Assembly (NCBI GenBank): GCA_005882635.1
Contig: VBFG01000042.1
Coordinates: forward strand, 6,578-70,577
Reading direction: 5' to 3'
Length of the DNA stretch: 64,000 bases
Source: Chloroflexota bacterium
GTDB taxonomy: Bacteria; Chloroflexota; Limnocylindria; Limnocylindrales; CSP1-4
Part shown: one piece after another, positions 26,981 to 34,873 of the stretch
Position numbering within the stretch: position 1 is the first letter of the stretch
How the letters are laid out: each line of letters starts with the position of its first letter
Made by a program: the position numbers and the translations under genes
The notes under the pieces: model-generated
The model's database searches: none
What the model was told of the DNA's origin: nothing
Seen by the model: the letters and a program-made list of their open reading frames with translations, nothing else

Positions 26981-28111
26981 GCCGCGTCAGAGCCGTCGTC
27001 GCCGAGGCGCGCGCTGGTCCCGCCCGTCGCGACCCGCTCGAGCTCCGCCCGCATGAAATCGTCGAGGTCGCCGTCCAGGACGGCCTGCGTGTTGCCCGTC
27101 TCGTGGGCGGTCCGGAGGTCCTTGACCATCTGGTAGGGGTGGAGGACGTAACTCCGGATCTGGTTGCCCCAGCCGGCCTCCACGTGCTCGCCCTTCAGCT
27201 TCCGGAGCTCGGCCTCCTTCTCCTCGAGCGCCCGCTCGAGCAGCCGGCCCTTCAGCACGCGGATCGCCATCTCCTTGTTCTGGGTCTGGCTTCGCTCGTT
27301 CTGGCTCTGGGCGACGATGCCGGTCGGGAGATGGGTGAGACGAACGGCCGAATCGGTCTTGTTCACGTGCTGGCCGCCGGCGCCCTGGGACCGGAACGTG
27401 TCAGTCCGGATCTCGTCCCAGTTCAGCTCGATCTCGACGTCGTCGTCGACCTCGGGCAGGACTTCGATGAGGGCGAAGGTCGTCTGGCGCCGCTTCTGGG
27501 CATCGAACGGGCTGATGCGGACGAGGCGGTGGACGCCACGCTCGGCGCGGAGCCAGCCGTATGCCGAGCGGCCGTCGACCTCGACCGTCGCGCTCTTGAT
27601 GCCCGCCTGCTCGCCTTCCTGCTGGTCCACGATCTCGGTCCGGAAGCGGTGGCGCTCCGACCAGCGCAGGTACATCCGCAGGAGCATCTCGGCCCAGTCG
27701 GTCGCCTCAGTGCCGCCTGCCCCCGCGCTGATCGAGAGGATCGCCCCACCCTGGTCGTACTCGCCGGAGAAGAGGAGCGCGGTCCGCTCGCGCTCGAAAT
27801 CGCGCTCGAGCGCCGCAGCCGTCCGGTCGAGCTCGGCGGTCAGCTCTGCGTCACCGGACTCCTCGACCAGCTCGAGCGTCGCGACGAGGTCGTCGACGCG
27901 CCCCTCGAACCCGCGCCAGAGCTCGATCTCGGAGCGGAGGCCATCGGCCTCGCGGAGGACCTTCTGGGCCGCCCGCTGGTCGTCCCAGAACCCGGGCTCG
28001 GTGGTCAGTGCGTCGAGCTGGGCGACGCGACGCTCCTTGGCGTCGAGGTCAAAGACGCCCCGAGGTCGACCGGATCCGCTGGGCCAGGTCGCGAACGGTG
28101 GACGCGTCCAC
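26977..28111 (-). CDS. prfB: peptide chain release factor 2, requires programmed +1 ribosomal frameshift
   Basis: Frame 0 runs from GTG 28111 and reads VDASTVRDLAQRIRSTSGRL, ending at TGA 28051-28049 within CTT TGA C. The +1 frame from GAC 28050 reads DLDAKERRVAQLDALTTEPGFWDD and continues into track ORF 26977..27687 (SPF motif, GGQ motif). Total is about 377 aa. Confidence 0.92.
28048..28063 (-). promoter_or_regulatory. prfB +1 frameshift site (SD-like GGGG, CTT TGA C)
   Basis: The minus strand reads tcGGGGcgtCTTTGAC, matching the canonical autoregulatory RF2 recoding signal. Confidence 0.9.
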
Positions 28112-28342
28112 CTAGTTCCGCGCCTGGAGGTCTTGCAGCAGGATCGGGCGGAGCTCGATGAGGCGAAGGGCCGACTTGCTCCGGGCGACGACGGGGTTCA
28201 CGCAGGGACAGTACGAGTTGTGGGGGCAGACGCCGCAGTTGCCGTCACAGTCGAGAGCTGCCGCGTAGCTGCACGTCCGGCAGTCTCGCTCGCAGGCGAT
28301 GAGATCGACGAACGACGCTTCCTCGGCCTGCTTCAAACTCAT
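28112..28342 (-). CDS. hypothetical 76-aa Cys-rich protein (8 Cys; CxxxCxxC twice plus CxC), abutting prfB
   Basis: MSLKQAEEASFVDLIACERDCRTCSYAAALDCDGNCGVCPHNSYCPCVNPVVARSKSALRLIELRPILLQDLQARN. GC3 is strongly elevated in this frame. Its TAG (28114-28112) is immediately followed by the prfB GTG (28111). Confidence 0.55.
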   Translation of the reverse strand: MSLKQAEEASFVDLIACERDCRTCSYAAALDCDGNCGVCPHNSYCPCVNPVVARSKSALRLIELRPILLQDLQARN

Positions 28343-28434
28343 CCCTCACTCTGTGCTTGGCAGGATTGGGGGGTCGGGGCGCGTGGGCCGGCTCCGGGGA
28401 TCCCTCCGATCCCGAGCCCGCGGGAATTGCCGGC

Positions 28435-28463
28435 AGTATCGCACGTCGAATCCAGACGGCCAA
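28435..28463 (-). promoter_or_regulatory. putative promoter for the Cys-rich ORF-prfB operon (-35 TTGGCC, 17-nt spacer, -10 GATACT)
   Basis: Read on the minus strand, about 90 nt upstream of ATG 28342. It has the same architecture as the putative ssrA promoter. Prediction only. Confidence 0.3.
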
Positions 28464-28511
28464 GAGGGTCAAACCGAAAGTTTCGCCCTCCGGGCTCATC
28501 GTCCTGGCCAT

Positions 28512-29108
28512 TCAGGATGTCTGTCCCGCGACGAAGTACTGCGTCAATCCGCCCAACTCGTGGATCGTGGCATCGACGCGTCCGCGCAGATCCTCGTCGG
28601 TCGGGCTGGTCGCCGTCGGCGAGCCGAGATCGGTCAGGCCGATGTCGCGGGCGATCCGGAGGACTCGCAACATGTGGGTTCGGTCCGAGACGAAGAGCGT
28701 GCTGCTCAGACCGTGATCGCGCAGCAGGCCGGCGACGCCGCGCAGCGACTCGAGGGTCGTCCGGCTCTCGTCCTCCACGAGGATGGCGTGGTCCGGGACG
28801 CCGTTCGCCAGGGCATAGACGCGGGCAGCCGTGGCCTCGGTGGTGCGGTCGCCCTCGGCCTTGCCGCCGGTCACGATGAGGTACCGGGCCAGGCCCGCCT
28901 GGTACAGGTCGATCGCGTGATCGAGGCGCGCCTTGAGGATGGACGATGGCCGGCCGTTGTACTGGGCGGCCCCCAGCACCACGATCGCGTCGACCGTCTG
29001 CCGGTCGTCCCGGTTGCCGACCTCCCAGATCCGATACGACGCCCAGCCCGCCACGAGGACGGCGCCGACGATGGCCGCGAGGACGATCCGGCCGACCGCT
29101 CGGATCAC
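28512..29108 (-). CDS. YdcF/SanA-ElyC (DUF218) family protein with N-terminal TM anchor
   Basis: 198 aa. DAIVVLGAAQYNGRPSSILKARLDHAIDLYQAGLARYLIVTGG, TTEATAARVY, LFVSDRTHMLR. Confidence 0.8.
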   Translation of the reverse strand: MIRAVGRIVLAAIVGAVLVAGWASYRIWEVGNRDDRQTVDAIVVLGAAQYNGRPSSILKARLDHAIDLYQAGLARYLIVTGGKAEGDRTTEATAARVYALANGVPDHAILVEDESRTTLESLRGVAGLLRDHGLSSTLFVSDRTHMLRVLRIARDIGLTDLGSPTATSPTDEDLRGRVDATIHELGGLTQYFVAGQTS

Positions 29109-29124
29109 GCTCCGCGGCGACGAG

Positions 29125-32103
29125 TCAGCGGCCGTGACACTTCTTGTACTTCAGGCCCGAGCCACACCAGCAGGGATCGTTCCGCCCGATCCGGGCTCCC
29201 GACGGCGTGAAACCCGGCCGGACCGGTCCGCCGCCGTTCGCGCCGTCGGACTGGAGCTGGCGGCCCATCGGATCGGCCGCGAGCCCGCCCGCGACCACGG
29301 GTCCGATCGGCCGCGCCGCGGCCGGTCGGGGCGGCGCTGTCGCGGTGCCGGCCGCCGTCCCGCGCGCCCCGGCCGCCGCGGCCGCCGCGCCACCGCCGCT
29401 CAGCAACGCCGCACCCGCGGCCAGGTTCCGGTCGATGGCCGACGGTCCACCTGGCGGCTGGACCGTGACGGTGACGCGGAAGATCGTCGAGGCGACCTGG
29501 TGCCGGATCAGGTCGCGCAGCTCGCCGTAGAGCTGGTACGCCTCGCGGCGGAACTCGTTGAGCGGGTCCTGCTGGGCGTATCCGCGCAGGCCGATGCCGC
29601 GCCGCATGTCGTCGATCTCGGTCAGGTGCTCGACCCACAGCGAGTCGATCGTGCGGAGGAGGACCATCCGCTCGACGAGCGCCCAGTTCTCCTCGCCGAC
29701 GTCGGCCTCGCGCCGCTCGAGCCGGGCATCGGCGAGATCGAGCAGGTGCTCGGTGATCGCCTCGCGCGAGCCGAGCTCCCACAGGTCATCCTCGCTCGTG
29801 CCCTCGCCATCGAGGCCCATCGCCCGGAGACCGGCCGCGAGCGCCTCCATGCCCCAGTCGTCGGGCGTCTCGCCGGAGAGGTGCCCCTCGACCATCGTCC
29901 GCATCTCGTCCTCGACGAAGGACCGGATGGTCTCGGTCAGGTCCTCGTTCCGGAGGACCTTGTCCCGCTCCGCGTAGATCGTCTCCCGCTGGCGATTGAT
30001 GACGTCGTCGAACTCGACGACCCGCTTCCGCATGTCGAAGTTGAAGCCCTCGACCCGGCCCTGGGCGCTCTCGATCGTCCGGCTCACGAGCCGGTTCTCG
30101 ATCGCGACGTCGTCCTCCAGGCCCATCCGCTCCATGAGGCCCGCGACCCGATCGGAGGCGAACCGCTTCATCAGGTCGTCCTCGAGGGACAGGTAGAACC
30201 GAGAGGAGCCGGGGTCGCCCTGGCGGCCGGCCCGACCGCGGAGCTGGTTGTCGATCCGCCGGCTGTCGTGGCGTTCGGTGCCGATGATGTGGAGCCCGCC
30301 GACGGCGACCACGTGCTCGTGATCCTCGTCGGTGACGATCCTGGCCTCGGCGAGCGCGGCGTCGTAGGTGGCCTTGTCGACCTCGGCCGGGTTCAGCCCG
30401 CGCTTGTGGAGGATCTCCGACGCCAGTCCGGCCGGGTTGCCGCCAAGGAGGATGTCCGTCCCGCGGCCGGCCATGTTCGTCGCGATCGTGACGGCGGCCG
30501 TCCGACCGGCCTGGGCGACGATGCCCGACTCCTTCTCGTGGAACTTGGCGTTCAACGTCTCGTGCCTGATCCCGCGACGCTTGAGCATCGTCGACAGGAT
30601 CTCGGACTTCTCGACGCTGACCGTGCCGACGAGGACCGGCCGGCCGGCCTTCTGCATCTCGACGACCTCGTCGATCAGGGCGTTGAACTTGCCGAGCTCA
30701 TTCCGGAAGACGAGGTCCGGCTCGTCGAGCCGGATCATCTCCTTGTGGGTCGGGATCGCGACGACCTCGAGTTCGTAGATCTTGTGGAACTCCTCCGCCT
30801 CGGTCATCGCCGTGCCGGTCATCCCGGACAGCTTGTCGTAGAGCCGAAAGTAGTTCTGGAAGGTGATCGTCGCGAGTGTCACGGACTCCCGCTGGACCTT
30901 GACGCCCTCCTTCGCCTCGATTGCCTGGTGGAGGCCCTCCGACCAGCGGCGGCCCGGCATCTGGCGGCCGGTGAACTCGTCGACGATGACGATCTCGCCG
31001 TCCTTGACGATGTAGTCGCGGTCGCGCTTGTAGAGGGCGTGGGCCCGGAGCCCCTGCTCGAAGTGGCGAGCCAGACGCGGGTCGGCGTCGTAGAGGTTCT
31101 CGATCCCGAGGAGCTTCTCGATCTTGTCGATGCCCTCCTCGGTCGGCGAGACGGCGCGGTCCTTGAGGTCGACGAAGTAGTCGCCACCGTCTTCGGCGCC
31201 CTCCGGCCGCTCCTGGAGGCGGGGGACGAGCCGGGCGAAGGTGAAGTAGAGGTCGGCCGACTCCTCGGCCTGGCCGCTGATGATCAGTGGCGTCCGGGCC
31301 TCGTCGATGAGGATGTTGTCGACCTCGTCGACGATCGCGAACGCCCGCTCGCGCTGGACCCGGTCGGCGAGGTCCGTGACCATGTTGTCGCGGAGGTAGT
31401 CGAAGCCGAACTCGTTGTTCGTCCCGTAGGTGACGTCCGCGGCGTAGGCCTCCTTGCGGGTGACCGGGCGGAGGTTGATGAGCCGCTCGTCGCTGGTCGG
31501 GTAGCCGGGCTCGAAGACGAACGACGCATCGTGGGTGATCATCCCGACGCTGATCCCGAGGAAATGAAAGACGGGTCCCATCCACTGCGGGTCGCGCCGG
31601 GCCAGGTAGTCGTTGACGGTGACGACGTGGACGCCGCGGCCGGTCAGCGCGTCCAGGGCGGCGGCGAGGGTCGGGACGAAGGTCTTGCCCTCGCCCGTCT
31701 TCATCTCGGCGATCTTCCCCTGGTGGAGGACGATCCCGCCGATCAGCTGGACGTCGAAGTGGCGCATCCCGAGGGTCCGGCGCATCGCCTCGCGACCCAT
31801 CGCGAAGACGTCCGGGAGGACCTCGTCGAGCGCGTCCTGGATCGCGCCGAGCTCCCGCTTGTGGCGGGCCTTCGCGAGCTCGCGGCGCCGCTCGAGGTCG
31901 GGGTGGGTGAGCTCCTCCTCGGTCGGCTCGGTCGGGGTCGAGACCTCCCGGATCTCCTCCCGGATGTCGGCGAACCGCGCGCGGATCTCGTCGTCCGACA
32001 GCGCAGAGATCTCGGGCTCGAGTTCGTTGATCTCGTCGATCAGCGGCTGGATCCGTCGCAGCTCGCGGTCGTTCGAGTCGACGAATCGGGACAGGAATTT
32101 CAT
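29125..32103 (-). CDS. secA: preprotein translocase ATPase SecA
   Basis: Track ORF 29125..32313 trimmed to ATG 32103 (MKFLSRFVDSNDRELRR). Walker A MKTGEGKT, DEAD-like box DEVDNILIDEARTPLIISG, C-terminal zinc motif CWCGSGLKYKKCHG. Confidence 0.95.
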   Translation of the reverse strand: MKFLSRFVDSNDRELRRIQPLIDEINELEPEISALSDDEIRARFADIREEIREVSTPTEPTEEELTHPDLERRRELAKARHKRELGAIQDALDEVLPDVFAMGREAMRRTLGMRHFDVQLIGGIVLHQGKIAEMKTGEGKTFVPTLAAALDALTGRGVHVVTVNDYLARRDPQWMGPVFHFLGISVGMITHDASFVFEPGYPTSDERLINLRPVTRKEAYAADVTYGTNNEFGFDYLRDNMVTDLADRVQRERAFAIVDEVDNILIDEARTPLIISGQAEESADLYFTFARLVPRLQERPEGAEDGGDYFVDLKDRAVSPTEEGIDKIEKLLGIENLYDADPRLARHFEQGLRAHALYKRDRDYIVKDGEIVIVDEFTGRQMPGRRWSEGLHQAIEAKEGVKVQRESVTLATITFQNYFRLYDKLSGMTGTAMTEAEEFHKIYELEVVAIPTHKEMIRLDEPDLVFRNELGKFNALIDEVVEMQKAGRPVLVGTVSVEKSEILSTMLKRRGIRHETLNAKFHEKESGIVAQAGRTAAVTIATNMAGRGTDILLGGNPAGLASEILHKRGLNPAEVDKATYDAALAEARIVTDEDHEHVVAVGGLHIIGTERHDSRRIDNQLRGRAGRQGDPGSSRFYLSLEDDLMKRFASDRVAGLMERMGLEDDVAIENRLVSRTIESAQGRVEGFNFDMRKRVVEFDDVINRQRETIYAERDKVLRNEDLTETIRSFVEDEMRTMVEGHLSGETPDDWGMEALAAGLRAMGLDGEGTSEDDLWELGSREAITEHLLDLADARLERREADVGEENWALVERMVLLRTIDSLWVEHLTEIDDMRRGIGLRGYAQQDPLNEFRREAYQLYGELRDLIRHQVASTIFRVTVTVQPPGGPSAIDRNLAAGAALLSGGGAAAAAAGARGTAAGTATAPPRPAAARPIGPVVAGGLAADPMGRQLQSDGANGGGPVRPGFTPSGARIGRNDPCWCGSGLKYKKCHGR

Positions 32104-32312
32104 GGGACCCCAAGTATAGGGTGCGTGCTCCGGAGCCCCGATCGGGGCTTCCTGGCCGCTCGAGTCACCCGGAGGAACCGCTCTGGAACGACCTGGAGAT
32201 GGCTCCAGGCCATGCAACGGACGCGGATCGCGCTGCCGATTGCTCCCAGCCATATCCGGGACGATGGCAAGGCGCCTCTCTGCGCGGGCGGCTCCGAGGA
32301 CCTCGCCGAACA

Positions 32313-32552
32313 TGGCTCACCGCCATCGGCGAAACGATCTGGGCACCCGGCCGGTCGGCGGAAGCACCGGACTCTCGCGGGGCGAGCGTATCTGACAGGT
32401 CCCGATCCAGATTTGCACGAATGGCTCGTGGGACGAGAATCCCGCGGCGATTCGGCCCGGCGAAGGCCACCTGGGGTCGGGTTGGCGCCCGATTCCTGTC
32501 ACATACGCTCGTGGGGCGAGAAATCGTGACGAGCCGCGAGCCCCCGTTCGGA
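32313..32552 (-). repeat. intergenic repeat element, copy A (three CTCG-CCCCA-CGAG sub-repeats), paralogous to 50749-50981
   Basis: Plus-strand cores at 32508-32520, 32425-32437 and 32374-32386, spaced 83 and 51 nt. Read on the minus strand, the order and flanks match copy B (see findings). Confidence 0.8.
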
Positions 32553-32562
32553 CGACGCGGCT

Positions 32563-33330
32563 TCAGCTCTTCGCCAGGTTGATCAGGAACTCCAGCGTGC
32601 CGTGGTCCTCGACCGACACGAAGCCGCCGATGCTCGGGGCGTTGATCTGGTAGTCCGAGAACGGGAACGACAGCGAGCCGGCGACCTGGATGAGGCTGCC
32701 GTTGACCTGGGCCTGGGCCGGGATGTCGACCGTCTTCGTCACACCGTGGAGCGTCAGGTCGCCGTGGAGCGTGACGTCGACCTGAGCGCCGCTCGTCGCG
32801 GTCGCCGGGAGGGTAACCGGCTGGGTGAGCTTGAACGTCGACGTCGGGAAGCTGTCGGTCTCGATGCCGTCGCGGCGGAGCCGGTTGTCGCGCATCTGGC
32901 GATCGCTCGCAAGCGAGGTCATGTCGACCGTGAAGTCGGCCGCCGTCACGCTCAATGAGCCACCGCTCGACGCGATCGTCGCCGTTCCCGTGATCCCGCT
33001 CGTCCGGCCGACCGCGTCGCTGTCGGCCGACAGGCTCGCCAGCCGCTCGCGGACGCGGTAGCCGACGACGGAGTCCGGGCCGATCGACCACGTCCCGGGG
33101 AGCGCCGCCGCATCGATGGTCGCCGCGGACGCAGGGGCGAGCGTCGTCCCGGCGCTCGGGTCCGCGATCGGGCTGTTCCCCGCCGCCGCCGACGCCGCCG
33201 GTGCGGCGCTCGGCAACGCCAGCGGCGCGACATCGTCACCCTTGAGGAAGAGGACCCAGGCGAGTGCCCCGCCGCCGACGGCAAGCAGGAGGACGGCGAC
33301 AACGGCAAGGCCGGCGGTGCGGGACGTCAT
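32563..33330 (-). CDS. YceI-family (polyisoprenoid-binding) protein with N-terminal membrane anchor
   Basis: TM helix (GLAVVAVLLLAVGGGALAWVLF). YceI-like core (GTWSIGPDSVVGYRV, TVDMTSLASD...RDNRLR, LHGDLTLHGVTK). Confidence 0.85.
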   Translation of the reverse strand: MTSRTAGLAVVAVLLLAVGGGALAWVLFLKGDDVAPLALPSAAPAASAAAGNSPIADPSAGTTLAPASAATIDAAALPGTWSIGPDSVVGYRVRERLASLSADSDAVGRTSGITGTATIASSGGSLSVTAADFTVDMTSLASDRQMRDNRLRRDGIETDSFPTSTFKLTQPVTLPATATSGAQVDVTLHGDLTLHGVTKTVDIPAQAQVNGSLIQVAGSLSFPFSDYQINAPSIGGFVSVEDHGTLEFLINLAKS

Positions 33331-33421
33331 CGGGTGATGGTTCCGGCGCGGGTTGAGGAGTTTCTGAGAGCGGCCGTGTGCTCAGGCCGGACGGGTCCGG
33401 CGCCGACGCCGACGCCGCCCG

Positions 33422-33718
33422 CTACGGGCCCGGCGATGCGACCGGCGGGACGACGGGCAGGGCCGGCAGGTGCCAGAACCCCGTCCCGTAGCCGAGGACG
33501 AGGAGGACGAACGTCAGCGCCCCGAGCCCGAGCCAGAACAGGACGGCCAGCGGGGTCGACGTCGGGTTCATCTCCGGGTTCTTCAAGGCCGGCAGTCGGC
33601 CGTCGCGCCGGTTCAGGCCCCAGCGGCGGCCCTGGAGCTGGACGCGCCAGTTCGGATCGGCGACCGGGCGCGGCTCGAGACCGCCCTTGCCATCGGGGCG
33701 GTGGAGCTGAAGGCTCAT
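33422..33718 (-). CDS. hypothetical small membrane protein (98 aa, one TM)
   Basis: High GC3 in frame, with one hydrophobic helix (LAVLFWLGLGALTFVLLVLGY). Located between prs and yceI. No family recognised. Confidence 0.3.
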   Translation of the reverse strand: MSLQLHRPDGKGGLEPRPVADPNWRVQLQGRRWGLNRRDGRLPALKNPEMNPTSTPLAVLFWLGLGALTFVLLVLGYGTGFWHLPALPVVPPVASPGP

Positions 33719-33740
33719 CGACGCCGTCCGGGGTTGGCGC

Positions 33741-34841
33741 TCATCGATGCCCTCTTCTCATCGCAGCGAGGGCGACTGGGTCGTCCTCCGAGTCGTCGTC
33801 ATCGTCGCCTGCTGGCAGCCGACCGGGTGCGGTCCCGCCATCGCCGTGTCGCTGCTGGCCGTCCTCCCACAGGAGCATCTCCTGGGTGAACGACACTTCG
33901 CTGCTGAACAGCGCGCCGACGGACTCGCCGCGGTGGATCCGCTTGATCGCCTCACCGATGAGCGGCGCGACGGACAGCGTCGTGATCTTCGACAGGCGCT
34001 TGACCGCCGGCAGGGGCACGGAGTCGGTCAGGACGATCTCACGCAGGTTCGACTCGCGGAGCCGATCGACCGCGGGGTCGCTCAGGACGCCGTGCGTGGC
34101 GCAGGCGTAGATGTCGGTGACGCCCTCGCGCTCGAGCGCCCGAACGATCTCGGTCAGCGTCCCGGCCGTGTCGATCTCGTCGTCGACGATGATCGCGACC
34201 TTGCCGCGGACCTCGCCGATGACGTTCATCAGCTCGGCCCGATCGAGGTTCCCGATGCGGCGCTTCTCGATGATCGCCAGCGGCGCGTCGATCAGCTCGG
34301 CGAACGTCCGCGCCCGCTTGGCGAACCCGAGGTCGGTGACCACGACGACGTCGTCGAGGTTCTTGTCAATGAAGTAGCGCGACAGCATGTGGACCGCGGT
34401 CAGCTCGTCGACCGGGATGTTGAAGAAGCCCTGGATCTGGCCCTGGTGGAGGTCCATCGTCAGGACCCGGTCCGCCCCGGCGACCGTGATCATGTCGGCG
34501 ATCAGGCGGGCGGTGATCGGGACCCGCGGCTGGTCCTTCTTGTCCGAGCGGCCGTAGGCGTAGAACGGGATGACCGCGGTGATCCGGCCCGCGCTCGCCC
34601 GCTTGAACGCGTCGATCATGATCAGCAGCTCCATGATCGACTGGTTGACGGGGTGGCACGTCGGCTGGATGAGGAAGATGTCCTTCTCGCGGACGTTGTC
34701 GAGAATCTTGACGAAGATGTTCTCGTTCGCGAACTGGAAGACCTCGGCCTTGCCGCACTCCGTGCCGAGCCAGCGGGCGATCTTCCGGGCCAGCTCCGGG
34801 TTGGCGTTGCCGTGGTAGATCTCGAACTGATCCGCGTACAC
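33741..34841 (-). CDS. prs: ribose-phosphate pyrophosphokinase with acidic C-terminal extension
   Basis: GRSDKKDQPRVPITARL, MDLHQGQIQGFF and PRPP loop VAIIVDDEIDTAGTL. About 45 extra C-terminal residues including DDDDDSEDD. GTG start. Confidence 0.92.
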   Translation of the reverse strand: MYADQFEIYHGNANPELARKIARWLGTECGKAEVFQFANENIFVKILDNVREKDIFLIQPTCHPVNQSIMELLIMIDAFKRASAGRITAVIPFYAYGRSDKKDQPRVPITARLIADMITVAGADRVLTMDLHQGQIQGFFNIPVDELTAVHMLSRYFIDKNLDDVVVVTDLGFAKRARTFAELIDAPLAIIEKRRIGNLDRAELMNVIGEVRGKVAIIVDDEIDTAGTLTEIVRALEREGVTDIYACATHGVLSDPAVDRLRESNLREIVLTDSVPLPAVKRLSKITTLSVAPLIGEAIKRIHRGESVGALFSSEVSFTQEMLLWEDGQQRHGDGGTAPGRLPAGDDDDDSEDDPVALAAMRRGHR

Positions 34842-34873
34842 GGCGTCCTCCCGACCGCGAACCGTCGCGTCGC

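Noticed and set aside
32104-32313. N-terminal extension of SecA from the track start at 32313 (MFGEVLGAAR...), and similar extensions of PP2C (2662), the LLM gene (20879), AlkD (38834), RodA (45427) and glyA (58675).
   Set aside because: The extensions are Arg/Pro-rich and unlike the family N-termini. They overlap neighbouring genes or the repeat element. Internal starts reproduce canonical N-termini (for example MKFLSRFVDSNDREL for SecA), often with an SD or a stop-start overlap.
28933-32529. Very long ORFs antisense to real genes. Examples: 28933..32529 (+, 1198 aa), 134..1942 (+), 2027..3211 (+), 8086..9426 (-), 35192..37801 (+), 51053..52561 (-), 54488..56416 (-), 23927..25816 (+).
   Set aside because: Their translations are Arg/Pro/Gly/Asp-rich low-complexity strings with no motifs. 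They lie exactly opposite confidently identified genes (secA, PP2C, yidC, gyrA, DUF1385, GDE, ftsX/ftsE). These are the expected stop-poor shadow frames of ~70% GC DNA.
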